Of a stretch of 64,000 nt of DNA, positions 12,605-24,876 are shown piece by piece. Origin of the DNA: Eledone cirrhosa (Eukaryota). Made by a program: the position numbers and the translations under genes. Numbering within the stretch: the first letter of the stretch is position 1; each line of letters starts with the position of its first letter. The stretch is taken from NCBI GenBank assembly GCA_964016885.1, contig OZ024741.1, positions 346,084,001 to 346,148,000 on the forward strand. Direction: 5' to 3'. The notes beneath the pieces are model-generated. The model searched no databases and was not told where the DNA came from. It saw only the letters and a list, made by a program, of their open reading frames with translations.

Positions 12605-12707
12605 TAATTGTTGCTACTTTTGGCACAAGGCCAGCAATAACATCAGTGTATTACTTGTACTTTATTTTATCGACCCCGTAAGGATGAAAGGGAAAGTTAA
12701 CCCCGGC
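12605..12707 (-). mobile_element. Partial copy of the main tRNA-derived SINE
   Basis: Reverse complement of the SINE core and 3' end. Confidence 0.8.
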
Positions 12708-13052
12708 TGTGGGTAATATTATATAATCAATGTTATCCAATTACAGGTGTAAGAGTAGCTCGATGTAAAATAACAAATATAATACAGAGCCGGATTACTT
12801 TATAAATAACAATCAAAGAGTGTTTAATAACATTTAATTACTAACGATCGTTTCATTCAAGCGGCAGGCCGTGTTAACCGGAGTATATATCAAATCTAAG
12901 AACACAGATAAATTAGTCAAATAACATTCTGGGGAGACCGCATGTGGGAAGAAAGCAAAAATAATAGATATTAACATTGATATAAGTGAGGAAAGTATAT
13001 ATATATATATATATATATACTTTAATTTCAGAAACACCAAAGATTCAAACCA

Positions 13053-13164
13053 TTAGCAAACTGACAAATGTTTCTGCCGGCATAGAATGTCAACCACTGG
13101 GTTACAATTTTATAATTTAACCCGTAGTTTTCAGTTCGGGACTGGCACCATCAGAGTTTGTTAA
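13053..13164 (-). ncRNA. Type I hammerhead motif with A9->G change and long helix II insertion
   Basis: Minus strand TTAACAAACT-CTGATGG-TGCC...GGCA-GAAA-CATTTG-TC-AGTTTGCTAA: helix I 9/10 bp, helix II TGCC/GGCA with an internal GGGTTA/TAACCC stem, GUC site. Confidence 0.65.
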
Positions 13165-13387
13165 AGGGTACATTAATATTTCACACATAGTAACAGTTTA
13201 TTATACCTAATCATTTGTTATGGTAACAACTTACAGAAGTTTGAACACTATATGTAAAAACAAAACAATTGATGAACAGTTTGATAATGGCAAGCTATTT
13301 CTTCAATTAACTCAATCGTCTGCTTTGTTATTTCTGTTTACTTTTTACATATATACTGTATGTATGTAACATACTTGCATACATATG

Positions 13388-13418
<31 letters not shown>

Positions 13419-13450
13419 GCATATATATAGTTTTAATATAGATGAGTTTC

Positions 13451-13572
13451 TACAGGACTAGAACTGTTTCATTCTTTAGAAATCATCAGGAATCTGGGTA
13501 TCAAAAAATAAGTATGGTATTTATACAAGTGGTAGGAGAGGGTGAGGAGTGGGATGGGTGTAGGTCATTGGT

Positions 13573-13575
<3 letters not shown>
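13451..13575 (-). mobile_element. Penelope-like pLTR remnant with hammerhead-like module (family D)
   Basis: Minus strand CCAATGACC ... TATAAATACC ... CTGATGA-T-TTC-TAAA-GAA-T-GAAA-CAGTTCTA-GTCCTGTA. The same module occurs at 31051, 31868, 35376 and 36870. Confidence 0.55.
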
Positions 13576-13609
<34 letters not shown>

Positions 13610-13629
13610 TATATGTGTGCATATATACA

Positions 13630-13693
<64 letters not shown>

Positions 13694-13732
13694 TATAGTT
13701 AAAAGAATAGAGGTGTAACACACACGTTATTA

Positions 13733-13943
13733 TATATTGGTAAACGGAATAGAAAATGCTGACAAATTGTTCACAGTTGAAAAATGGTTTAATTAGGAAT
13801 AAGAGTATTAGTAATTGTATGGGTTAGTATTCAGTTGTGGTTAAGTTTTTAAGTTTTTACCGGTTGCGCATTTCTAAATGCTTTTCAAAAATAATTTTTT
13901 GATAGAGTGTCCGTGTTGTTTGCTCTGATCTGTTTACCAATAT
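13733..13943. mobile_element. Short element with terminal inverted repeats in (TA)n, same family as the arms of the U6 palindrome
   Basis: TATATTGGTAAACGGA ... TCTGTTTACCAATATA. The left ~125 bp is nearly identical to 9858-9985. Confidence 0.55.
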
Positions 13944-14175
13944 ATATATATATATATATAGATATATATATGAATATATATATATATATATACACGGAAT
14001 AAGCATTCTAATGTGTGCATATATACATCTATATATATACAGGTGTGTGTGTGTAAGAGCTTGTTTGTGTTCGTATGCATGTATATGTGTGCTGGGGTGT
14101 GTGCGTATATATATATATAGGCAAACATACATACATACATACATACATACATACATACAAACAAACACAAACACG

Positions 14176-14237
<62 letters not shown>

Positions 14238-15689
14238 CATGTATGTATATATGCACACACACATACACACTCATGTACCTTATACTAACATATATAACCC
14301 ACACTGAACCTTCCCTGCTTCATTTTCTCTCTGCCCTATTTCACATTCTTCCATTCGTCTACGTCTTCTGTTACAAAAAGACTCTCAAATGTATAAACGC
14401 ACATTAAACAAAGGCAAGTAGTTCACCGCTCTTTTCATGTCCTGCCTATAGAAATATTCAAGAGTGCTTTTCCCAAGAGAATATAATCTAATATCTCCAT
14501 AAATTGTTCAAACAAACATTTTCTGTTTGTTTATGGTTCTTCTACTATTTGAAATAGAAACTTTGATCTCGCGCTACTCTCATATTTTTCGTTTATTTTC
14601 CATTTTCAAAATTGTAATATTCAAAGATCAATAGATTTTGTGTTTTTCACAATACTGTCTGTTTTGACCTATTTTGGAATCAACATTTCAAATTCAAGGT
14701 TTACTCTACCATTTAGTCGACATTAAAACTCAATTCTTTACATTGGACTACTTTATACTAGTGTTATTGTTGTTATTGTTTGTGATTGTTGGAATATTCA
14801 TCTTTATATATAGAGTGGCTTTGGCTTCCTGCTTTCGTTTCAGCTTTAGAGTGTATTTCAAATACGTATTATTACATCTGCTTCTTCGATTGCATATAAT
14901 TATGCCATTCTTGTTTATTGGCTATTATCAATTAGTATGATTGATGAAATTCATTGCTCTAGCAGACTGGTTAGCAAACGTATTTATGGGTTGCAATTTA
15001 AAGTTAATATAAGTTTCTCAATAGTTATTAGCTTTCACAACTTCTTAAGTTTGTAATTCCTCAAGTACTCCAGGTCACACAGTTAAAGCGGGTCACGATA
15101 CCTACCTGTGTGACAATTATAGATATTTTGTCAGTTTCATTAGCCTCTTTTGGGGTATTCTACATTTATTAAACACAAACGAAAACCAGCGATTTTCACG
15201 ATCTTTTCACCTGGGAGGGGGATTGAATATACCACTGCTTCTTTATGAAACACTCGTCAATCTACATTTGTTTCAGATGTTTAGAGATGCTGGAAGGGTT
15301 ATTTGTTTGCAAAGCAACCACATATTACATAAGCTTGTTTATACATAACTGCATCTCGAGTTCGATAATTGCAATTAATTGATCGTTTTCACTCATGGGT
15401 GGCTCGAACTTGACATTTTAGCTCTGTTAAGGACGTATATTCCCTTCTAAATGTACTACTGCTATGATTGCTAATCAAACATCGGTTTCCTGTTTTATTT
15501 CTATGAGCTTCCAAATGTTGTCGGAGTCCACTAGCCGAGATACATTGTTATTCAACATATCAGACAGAAAGGAATGCCAAAGAAACCAAAATCAATAACG
15601 TTTTTGACATGGCTTCTCTGATGAATTTTAAGAGCATCTTTACTGAGTCAAACACGGCCATACTCATTGCACACAAATTAATTTTCTGT

Positions 15690-15900
15690 ATCTGAAAATC
15701 CAGATAAATTAATATCGTGCAGAACCTTACACAGATGCTTCTTTTCCTTTTCAGGCCCCTCAAAAGATTTCTCAAATTCCTGTTTTCCATTATATTCTCT
15801 GATATACATTGCGAACAGATCAGGTGCTGGTATACCCCCTTGTTATACACTATTTTCATCAAAACAAAGTAGCGTGCACTGATATTCCCCCGTCAAATTA
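15690..15900 (-). pseudogene. Highly decayed LINE reverse-transcriptase remnant (RTE-like)
   Basis: Manual translation FDGGIS.../DENSV*QGGIPAPDLFAMYI resembles the RT motif NGVKQGCVLAPTLF. Confidence 0.35.
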
Positions 15901-18900
15901 TACAGTAGCAATAAACATTATACTTAATACAGTAGATCAGATGATGGTGGATTAAGTCAAGAAGAATAATGCACTCTCTGATCAGCTTTCACATAGGTTT
16001 CATGTAGGTTTCGGAACCAAAGTGCTAGACAATGACATGGAATCCCAACCACTTAGTCTTGAAGTCAACATCTTCATCACGCATCCATCCTTCATGCCCA
16101 AGCTTGGAATTGCCACTCCTTCGGTTGATTATCTCTTTGATTGCATATATCTAGCAATCTCTCAACGTCAATGCTTATCATTCAAGCAATCATATACCGA
16201 AATTAAAGTTTAATGATGTGTGAAATGATATATTAATCATTGGATCTACTTGTCGTATGATATATTTTATTATATCAGTACAAGAAGGATTATTCCGTGC
16301 CTTTGGTGGTGTTTTTAGAGTAATTTTATGTGAACTACTCCAATGTATGTTTCGTTTTATAATATTGTATGGTCTGAAAGTTCCTGGTCCTTCTATATAG
16401 TTCACTGCTTATTTGCAATTTCAAATACACCGATTGGGTTTTGTCATGTTTAGTAAATACTTGTAATAGGCTGTCTGCTATTTTCCCCAATTCAACTTCC
16501 AGTAGAGATATCATGAAGAAATCTTTATTTGCATAGACTGCCCATGTGTGATATAAATGCACCGTATGCCAGCTGTTGGGTGATTCAGACTAAATTGTTT
16601 TAACAGTTTTCCTATCTTCATGTCTAGATGTTAGATCCCCTGGAGGTTTTAGTTTAATAGATTGTAAAGATGAATTAAATGATATTCTGGGAGTGAAGAG
16701 AATTCTCAAAGGGAAACACTTGAAAATATAGATAGATGAGTGAATAACCTTTCATTGTAAATACACTTCACATAGTTGCTAACTTTGTATACAAAAAAGA
16801 GAACAAATATAAAGTTCCGCAGGCAACAACAGCACACAATCAGCAAACTATGGCATTGATGGCCTCCATTTTAAAAGTGCACATATATGCGTAATGATAT
16901 TTTTTGCTTTTCAGGCGTGGCATTATTTCTTTCATTGATACCGCGTGGGGAATTATGCACGTGATATCCCTGACAGGGAACTAACTGAATATAGAAATAA
17001 TTAAATTAATTCTAGAGACCGATTATGCATATTAATGTGCGCACTACTTGCTATAAAACACTTGCAAAACACAAGAGTTTTCAAAAAAGTTAAAAAATAG
17101 CGGATCAGAATACATCTGAGATAATGGTTGATTTTTAACCCTCCCGAAGAGAATAATCAGCGTGTGTGACATTTACAGATCCTTTCAGATTAGGGATATC
17201 AAGCCAGTTAATTTTCCAATTGAACATTTATAAATTGATGTTTGTAGGAAAACAATATGTACAATAATATTTACAGAGCCCTATGTAGGAAGAATGACGC
17301 ATTTTCTTTCGAATAAGGTTAAAGGTAAGAAACAAATTAGGAAGAAGAGAGAAATCACGAGAGTTTATTAGGTAGATATGACCAGAGCTTGTGCACAGAT
17401 TAGAATTAAATAAAAGCAGAAGTTGTAGTTTTTGTAGAAATGATAGAGAGTTGAAAGAATCAGAATCTTTATGAGACTGTAGTTGTTGATTTTGATGAAA
17501 GCATTCCGTTCATTCCTTTTAAAGACCAAGAATGACTACATAATCTAACATAACATTTTCTTTTATGAAACAATATAATGTGATTTGAGGATGATTTCGA
17601 TGCTATTTTGAGCAACTCAAGAAAGTCATTGAAAGTCTCTCGCAGTGACTGTAGTCATTGTAAAGTAAATAGCAACCAATCAAACGGATAACACCTTTCT
17701 TTTCGGAGGCAGTGCCAAACATCTAGTAAAGAACAGCATTGTCCCTGATATCAGAACAGTACAAATTTACTTTGGCTCCGCAACTGATCAGAGCTCAAAT
17801 ATTATCTTGAACAGAAGAGGGTCTCTAGTCCCCGCATTACAGTTTTGTTGATGTTAGATATATGATATAGAAATCAAAGATTATTAGACATGGTTATGAA
17901 GCTTTTCTTCTGAACAACGAAACTAAATATATTTTTTTTATTGCTTCAGTTTACTAAAAATAAATATCTAACCTTGATAAGGTTAAAGATATGTGTCAAC
18001 ATATCTATTTTCCTGTCAGATTTCTGTAAGATGCCACTCACTGCGAAATTATATTTTCGTTAAAGTAGGTCTAAGACCTAATTTATATTCTATTAAATTT
18101 AATGAGAGATGCATCATTTAATTACAGCGCTAATTAATGATCTTAGTAAATGTTTCAAAACGGGTAAAAAAATGTTTCACTTAGCTCTCCTCTCTAGATC
18201 TGACGTTATATACTTAAGCAAAAAGAGAAAAACAACTTCAATATTTCTATGTATTATTTTTTGGTTTATGTTCCTTGCTATTTTCTTTTATAGATTCTTC
18301 GTTTTATTTTCTAGTTAGTATTAATTCATATCATTTATTTATATATACTTTCTATTACGATGTCTTAATTATATGTATAAATAACTAATTTTGAAGCAAT
18401 TCTTTGAGTTTATTACATTTGAGGCTCTTTTATATATATTTACCAAACTACGTTTGTAGCTAACGTGTGTGTTTACGCGTTTAGAGCTGGTAGAGTGGGA
18501 ATGAAAACAATTTTTGTTTTTTGCTTTCAGTTCTGCTTCTTTTTCTTTTTCTTTTACATTTGAGTTCTGTTTATTTTTTCAATATCATCTTAACATTTAA
18601 TATACTTTTTCATTTGCTTGTTCTGGTTGTTGTAGTTATTCAACACTTTGTTGTTCTTCTTGTTTTCCTATTTACGTCCGTATGTGTCATATGTACAGAA
18701 ACGAGAGAAAAAAATTAAGGGAATATAATGGCATTTTTTTCTCAAGATTCGAAACCTTGAACCCCTTTCCCCCAAAAAATAAAATAAAAGAAAATAATGT
18801 CTTATTATTAAAAAAAAAACAACAAAAAACAATTCAAAAAGAAAACAAACAAATAAAAGAAAAATACAATTAATGTGATTTAGATTCGAAACTGGTATAT

Positions 18901-20189
18901 TGCTATTACTCAGGAAATAAAAACGAATATCTGAAACTAAGAGATGGTCTATGTACGCAAACAGTTCATGAAATGTGTAATAAAACTAGATAACGAAGTT
19001 CTTCACACAGCTCACAAACTTAAACTATTTTATAAATTTTATTACGGCTATTTATTTTATTGTCTTACAATGATAAAATCCAATGACTAATCTGACGCTA
19101 TCTGAATAAATAATTTGAAGCTGGAAACATTAAAAAGCCATTTCCGGAAAGGTTTTCAATTGTCTGCAACGACTGCACTCTTATTTTACAACGAATCTCA
19201 CGAATATGTCTTTGCAAGTATACGAAGGAAAATAGTGTTGGTAGTCAATGTATGTATCCATCCCCGATGGATACGTATACGTAGGTATTATTTATGGGAT
19301 AAACTGCTGCTATATAGTAGACATCTCCACGTAACCAGTGGTCAAGAACGTATCCTATACGTGGTTGCTTGAAATGTTTGAAATAGCAGCCAAATTTCTC
19401 TCAAAGCCCTGTAAATCTGAAATCCTGAGAAATAAAAATGGTGATGACCATGGTTGAAATCTGCTCAGACCAGATTGACTTATGTTAAGCTATGATAACA
19501 ACAGCATTGAGTCAAATGAAGAGCCTAGTTACAATGACGGCAGGCCCAAACGAGTCATCTGGCACATTCTCAGCTAAGGGGAACGTTCCCAGAAGATTTG
19601 GAAATATATTGCTGGGGTTAATGCAGAATATAGCTTACTGCGTGAAAGTATAATAAAATATTAACAGCACATTTGAACATATTAATGATTAACATCTAGA
19701 CAAATACTTTATCAAATTAGCTATTATGATGTTAGAAACAAAGCAGCCCAAAATTGCTTCACGCTAGGAATCAGAGATTTAACCAAGTTCTCAAAAAAGC
19801 TTAAGCACAATTATAGCAAATTCTGCCATGTAAATATACCTTCCTTGTTAAAAGTCACTGATCCATGGCAATTGGAAATACGAATGTTACAAGTTGTATT
19901 ATGCTAATTCAAAGACACATATTCCGAGGTAAACAGAAAATAGGGATGAAAAAGAAAGAAAGGGAAAGTAATATATACTAGTTATGATGTAATACCATTA
20001 ATTACAGAAAACATATCAGATTCTAAAACTCAGTAGCTTTCTACAAAGCTTAGGCTAGACAAAAATAGAGTACGAATTCCACATCAGGAAAAGACATTCT
20101 GCTAAACACAGAGGCATCTGATATTCTATCCTAAAATTAATTCTAATCTAGGAACAAGTTCTCTAATTGATGGTGAAGGTAAAGTCAAA

Positions 20190-20490
20190 TATATCTACCC
20201 TAAGAGGATGAAAGGCAATGTTGACTTCGGTAGAATTTGAATTCAGAATGTAATGAGCCAGAACAATTACCGTAATGTCCATTTATCCGACGCTTTACCA
20301 ATTCTGCCGATCCACCATCGTCATAATTGTTTCTACTTATCCCAGTGCATTATTGGTACTTTATTTTATCGACCCCGTAAGGATGAAAGGCAAAGTTAAC
20401 CTCGGCGGGGTTTGAACTCAGATCGTAATGGGCCATAACTCTATGCTGTAAAGCATGTTGTCCGACCCTCTACCGATACTACCAATCCGT
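20190..20490 (-). mobile_element. Two adjacent SINE copies (old diverged 20190-20320; younger 20325-20490)
   Basis: Reverse complement of the SINE head and core (GGATGAAAGGCAAAGTTAACCTCGGCGGG...TTGAACTCAG). Confidence 0.8.
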
Positions 20491-21318
20491 AATAATGATA
20501 ACTCGACTGAATGTCAAATGCCACAATTACACTCCAATCTCAGTCCTGCTGTCACTTCACTCTGCATTTTCTCATTAGAACAGAATAGGCTCAGGCCACG
20601 TTTATACAGGGACTTTCGTCTCAACTTTATATTCCACATCTCATGACCTATATCCCCCCCCCCCCACACACTAACGACTACACCTAACCATTCCTTGCTA
20701 GAATGATACTCATGTGTGTTCATTAATCTCCTGCTATGGATAGTTGCAGCAGTTTAATCAGAGCTTTAACAGAACCCACCAATATGACCAATAGTCTCGA
20801 TCACAGAGCTTTCAAGAAATTTAGGCAGCGCTTCTTTATTCTGATCTAGATAAAAACATAGTTACTAGGAGACAGTCAACAAATTATGTTTTCAATTTTA
20901 TGTCTAAAATAAAACCTGGTTCAACTAATGTTTTCTAACAATAGTTATTAATTAACCATTTCATCATCATCCCTTCCTCTACATGACGTCCAGTAATTTT
21001 TCTTCATTGCTCCTAGCATTTCAATTGCCTTCAATACTATCCCGCCACTCCTTTTTATATTAATAAAAAACAGAAATTCATATAGTTATAAGCAACTATT
21101 TAATAATAGCCCTTTCCTTAATATTGTAAATCAATTACGTTTCTGTTCTATCCTATTTCGCACACTATTTCATTCAAGATTGTAATTATATAGGATTCTG
21201 GATAGAAAATTTCATTTTGGTATCAGTAGGAAAAATGGCAAAAGGCCCTCTTTCTCGCTTTCTCTTTGTATCTCTCGCACTCTCCCTCTATCAAATACAA
21301 TATATGAAGAAAGATATA

Positions 21319-21401
<83 letters not shown>

Positions 21402-21552
21402 TTATATATATGCAGAGGTTATATTTTATTTGTTGGGATTCAACAAGCTTAAAAAATGTTATAACTGATATAAGTATCCAGGAAGCTCCAACCGTTAAGG
21501 TTGTCTTTTTTCAGGGTATGTCAATATTTATTTATTAAAAAAATCTTTATTG

Positions 21553-21618
21553 TATTTTATCTGATGAAAGCGCACCATAATTTGCCTTGGTGGCCCTTGA
21601 AATATGTATAATAAAATA
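21553..21618 (+). ncRNA. Type I hammerhead ribozyme motif, canonical core
   Basis: Helix I TATTTTAT/ATAAAATA (8 bp); CTGATGA 21561-21567; helix II AAG..CACCA/TGGTG..CTT; GAAA 21599-21602; near-palindromic helix III TATGTA; AUA site, predicted cut after 21610. Confidence 0.75.
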
Positions 21619-21657
21619 AATATGGTTTTATAAATATAGTTTCCATTTGTTAATATA

Positions 21658-21723
<66 letters not shown>

Positions 21724-21729
<6 letters not shown>

Positions 21730-22372
21730 GTAAGTATGTATGTATACGTACATACATATATGTATACAGACGTACAGTAGCATGTATATATATATATATA
21801 TATACATACAGGCACACACATATATATATGTACGTATCAGTTTACCGAACATTTATTATAATGTTCGCTTTGTTCGTTTGTAAACAAACGGACAGCCTGA
21901 TTTACGCCGTACAGTGTTCAGGCAACCACGTCACCTTTTTGTTCAACACTGACGCAGGAACGATGTACTAGTTTCAAGCTTGTTAGCTATCGTCAACACC
22001 GTATACCTTTCTGCCAGATGGTTGAACGTTCGAAAGTATATACTTTCCTTATGAAAATTAACGGCTGAGCAGCCTAATTTGCATATCGAGTGAGTTCAGT
22101 CGGCCAGGCGCACCGAAAACGATAAATGGAATAGAATGAAACGAAATTTCATTTCTCACTCTTAGTACGGCACTTACTTAAATGTAAGTATGTATGTATA
22201 CGTACATACATATATGTATACAGACGTACAGTAGCATGTATATATATATGTGTATATATATATATACATACAGGCACACATATATATATGTACGTATCAG
22301 TTTACCGAACATTTATTATAATGTTCGCTTTGTTCGTTTGTAAACAAACGGACAGCCTGATTTACGCCGTAC
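21724..22372 (-). mobile_element. ~455-bp tandem unit (about 1.4 copies) with a hammerhead; retrozyme/pLTR family R
   Basis: Unit restarts at ~22180. The same unit occurs at 32016-33235 and as an inverted piece at ~22870-22932. Hammerhead at 21960-22002 (minus). Confidence 0.75.
21960..22002 (-). ncRNA. Minimal type I hammerhead, C3->U copy (family R)
   Basis: Minus strand ACGGTG-TTGACGA-T-AGCT-AACA-AGCT-T-GAAA-CTAG-TA-CATCGT. Confidence 0.65.
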
Positions 22373-22519
22373 ATATATATATATATATATATATGTAGGA
22401 GGTGAGTTTTATTGTAGTACAATAAAGCAATGCAGATATCGGATAAGAAGCACTCTACAGTTTGTGGGACTGGAGTATGCATAATATAAGATCAAAAGAT
22501 GGTTAAAGGAGTTCCATAT

Positions 22520-22588
22520 ATTTTATTATGCGCATTTCAAAAACAAACATCATCAAGCAATAATATTTGTGTTTTCATCAGATAAAAC
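22520..22588 (-). ncRNA. Type I hammerhead ribozyme motif, canonical core (left arm of the fold-back)
   Basis: Exact reverse complement of 22731-22799. Confidence 0.8.
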
Positions 22589-22730
22589 AGGAGAACATGA
22601 TATGAAGGCTAAAAAACACTTGTGGATAGTGCAGTTTTAAATCAACATATGTTGATTTAAATATTATGATATGTTGATTTAAAACTGCACTATCCACAAG
22701 TGTTTTTTAGCCTTCATATCATGTTCTCCT

Positions 22731-22799
22731 GTTTTATCTGATGAAAACACAAATATTATTGCTTGATGATGTTTGTTTTTGAAATGCGCATAATAAAAT
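22731..22799 (+). ncRNA. Type I hammerhead ribozyme motif, canonical core (right arm)
   Basis: Helix I GTTTTAT/ATAAAAT; CTGATGA 22738-22744; long helix II including CAAATATTATT/GATGATGTTTG; GAAA 22781-22784; palindromic helix III TGCGCA; AUA site, predicted cut after 22792. Confidence 0.8.
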
Positions 22800-22828
22800 A
22801 TATGGAACTCCTTTAACCATCTTTTGAT

Positions 22829-22873
<45 letters not shown>

Positions 22874-24189
22874 GCTACTGTACGTCTGTATACATATATG
22901 TATGTACGTATACATACATACTTACATTTAAGTATATCTCTAATAATCGTTGTATTTCTTAACCAAGATACTTAAACAAAATTTGAAATCGTACGATATC
23001 TTTACCTAATTGTACCTCAATGATTACCTAAACAAAACAACTTACCGAACATCATCAAGCAAGTTGATTAGTGCATTAGCCTCCAATTAATCCATTTATG
23101 ACGTGAATGGAGTGTGCTAAATTAATCATGTAGCTGCTCTAAAGAAGATATGTACTATATCTCATCAATTAGCAATCACGCCAAAATGAAAGGGTGCAAA
23201 ATGTCATTGTTTAGAATTACTTTTAAAGGGTAAATGCCAAGAAAAAGTAGTGTTTTATCATGTTAGTGTCATGAGAAAGCTATACTTAACAATTGAAGCA
23301 TATATTCAACGGACACTCGTGCCAATAACACCTTTCGGCTATATTTAAAACTAAAAAGATATAGAACTAAAAACAATAACATTACATGGTGAATGTTAGT
23401 TAAGACTACATCAGTTAAGATATGAATTGACTTCTGCAATGTGTGTTATAGAGAGAAACTCCACATCAGTCTCTAATCTACTCCATGTTTTAGGGAGTTT
23501 ATAATTGAACGTTATGAGGAATATTGAAGCGAGGTTAAACAGAAACATAATAATCCACTTAGTGCAAAACTAATCTGAAATTGACTGACTTTACTGAGTT
23601 TACTCGGTGTCTGAAACACACACAAAGTCGTTGTCGTGTCATTCGGTGCGAAGCTATCTAACGAACAAAAACAAGATATGCAATTGTAATGGTAATATGG
23701 TAATGACAACACAATGATGAATGAAGGAGAGACAGTGAAGTGGAATAACAACAACTATAATAATAACAATACTATTAATAATTCTAATATTACTACTAAT
23801 AATAATTATAATAATGTAAACAGTGATGAAGAAAAAGAAAGGGGTAACGGAAAATGGGATGGGGAATGTGGAGAGCTCAAACCTATCCCAAAGTATGACG
23901 CTTGTTAATAAGATTTGATAATAAAAGCGGCATATGCGTCATAACAAATTCATTAAGAATTTCTAAGTAGGCAGACAAGAGCTCGTCTGTCTAACGGCAA
24001 CTATTGAACTCAATAAAGTGGATGTTTTTCCTTTATGTCTATGTTCATTGAGATATTCTGTAGTTTTAGCGTAAATAAAAATTCTAAAGTAGGTAAAAAG
24101 GGTGAAAGAAGAGAATGGAGAGAACACATACATTCTGAGAATATATTCTGAGAAAACACGCACACGCACACGCAGAGACACACATGTAT

Positions 24190-24286
<97 letters not shown>

Positions 24287-24461
24287 TGTGTGTGTGTGTG
24301 TGTGTATATATATGGGTTTACGTGAGTGAGAGAGAGAGAGAGAAGGTGAGAGAGAGAGATGAACTCAAAGAAAGAAAAGTAAAGCATAGGGATATTCATA
24401 TATAGATATTGCGTACTGAGATATCATGGTTTATTTTGTGTGTACACTTCTCTCTCTCTCA

Positions 24462-24599
<138 letters not shown>

Positions 24600-24804
24600 T
24601 GTGTGTGTGTCTGTGTGTGCGTATGGAGAGAGAAAGAGACAGAGAGACAAAGAGAAAGAGAAAGATAGATGGCGGGGAGAAGGTGAGAGTGAGAGAGAGA
24701 GGGAGTAGAGAGAGAGAGAGAGAGATCCACAAATAGATTGGTAAACAATACTTTGATATTGACTGTTTGCGATATATATGATGTATTTTGAAATCAATCT
24801 ACAA

Positions 24805-24876
<72 letters not shown>

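Larger units (their letters stand above)
22486..22833. repeat. Fold-back with ~165-bp perfect arms, each carrying a hammerhead
   Basis: ATAAGATCAAAAGATGG...AAATCAACATAT / ATATGTTGATTT...CCATCTTTTGATCTTAT. Confidence 0.95.

Noticed and set aside
19510-20110. Very old R4/Dong-like RT trace (SYDVIP...DKNRVRIPHQE); similar vague LINE traces at ~17.3-17.9, 37.7-38.7 and 42.0-42.5 kb
   Set aside because: Similarity by eye is too weak to support a call.
23046-24083. Exon-like segments on the minus strand (23046-23116, 23884-24083)
   Set aside because: Splice-like ends are present, but all three frames contain stops.
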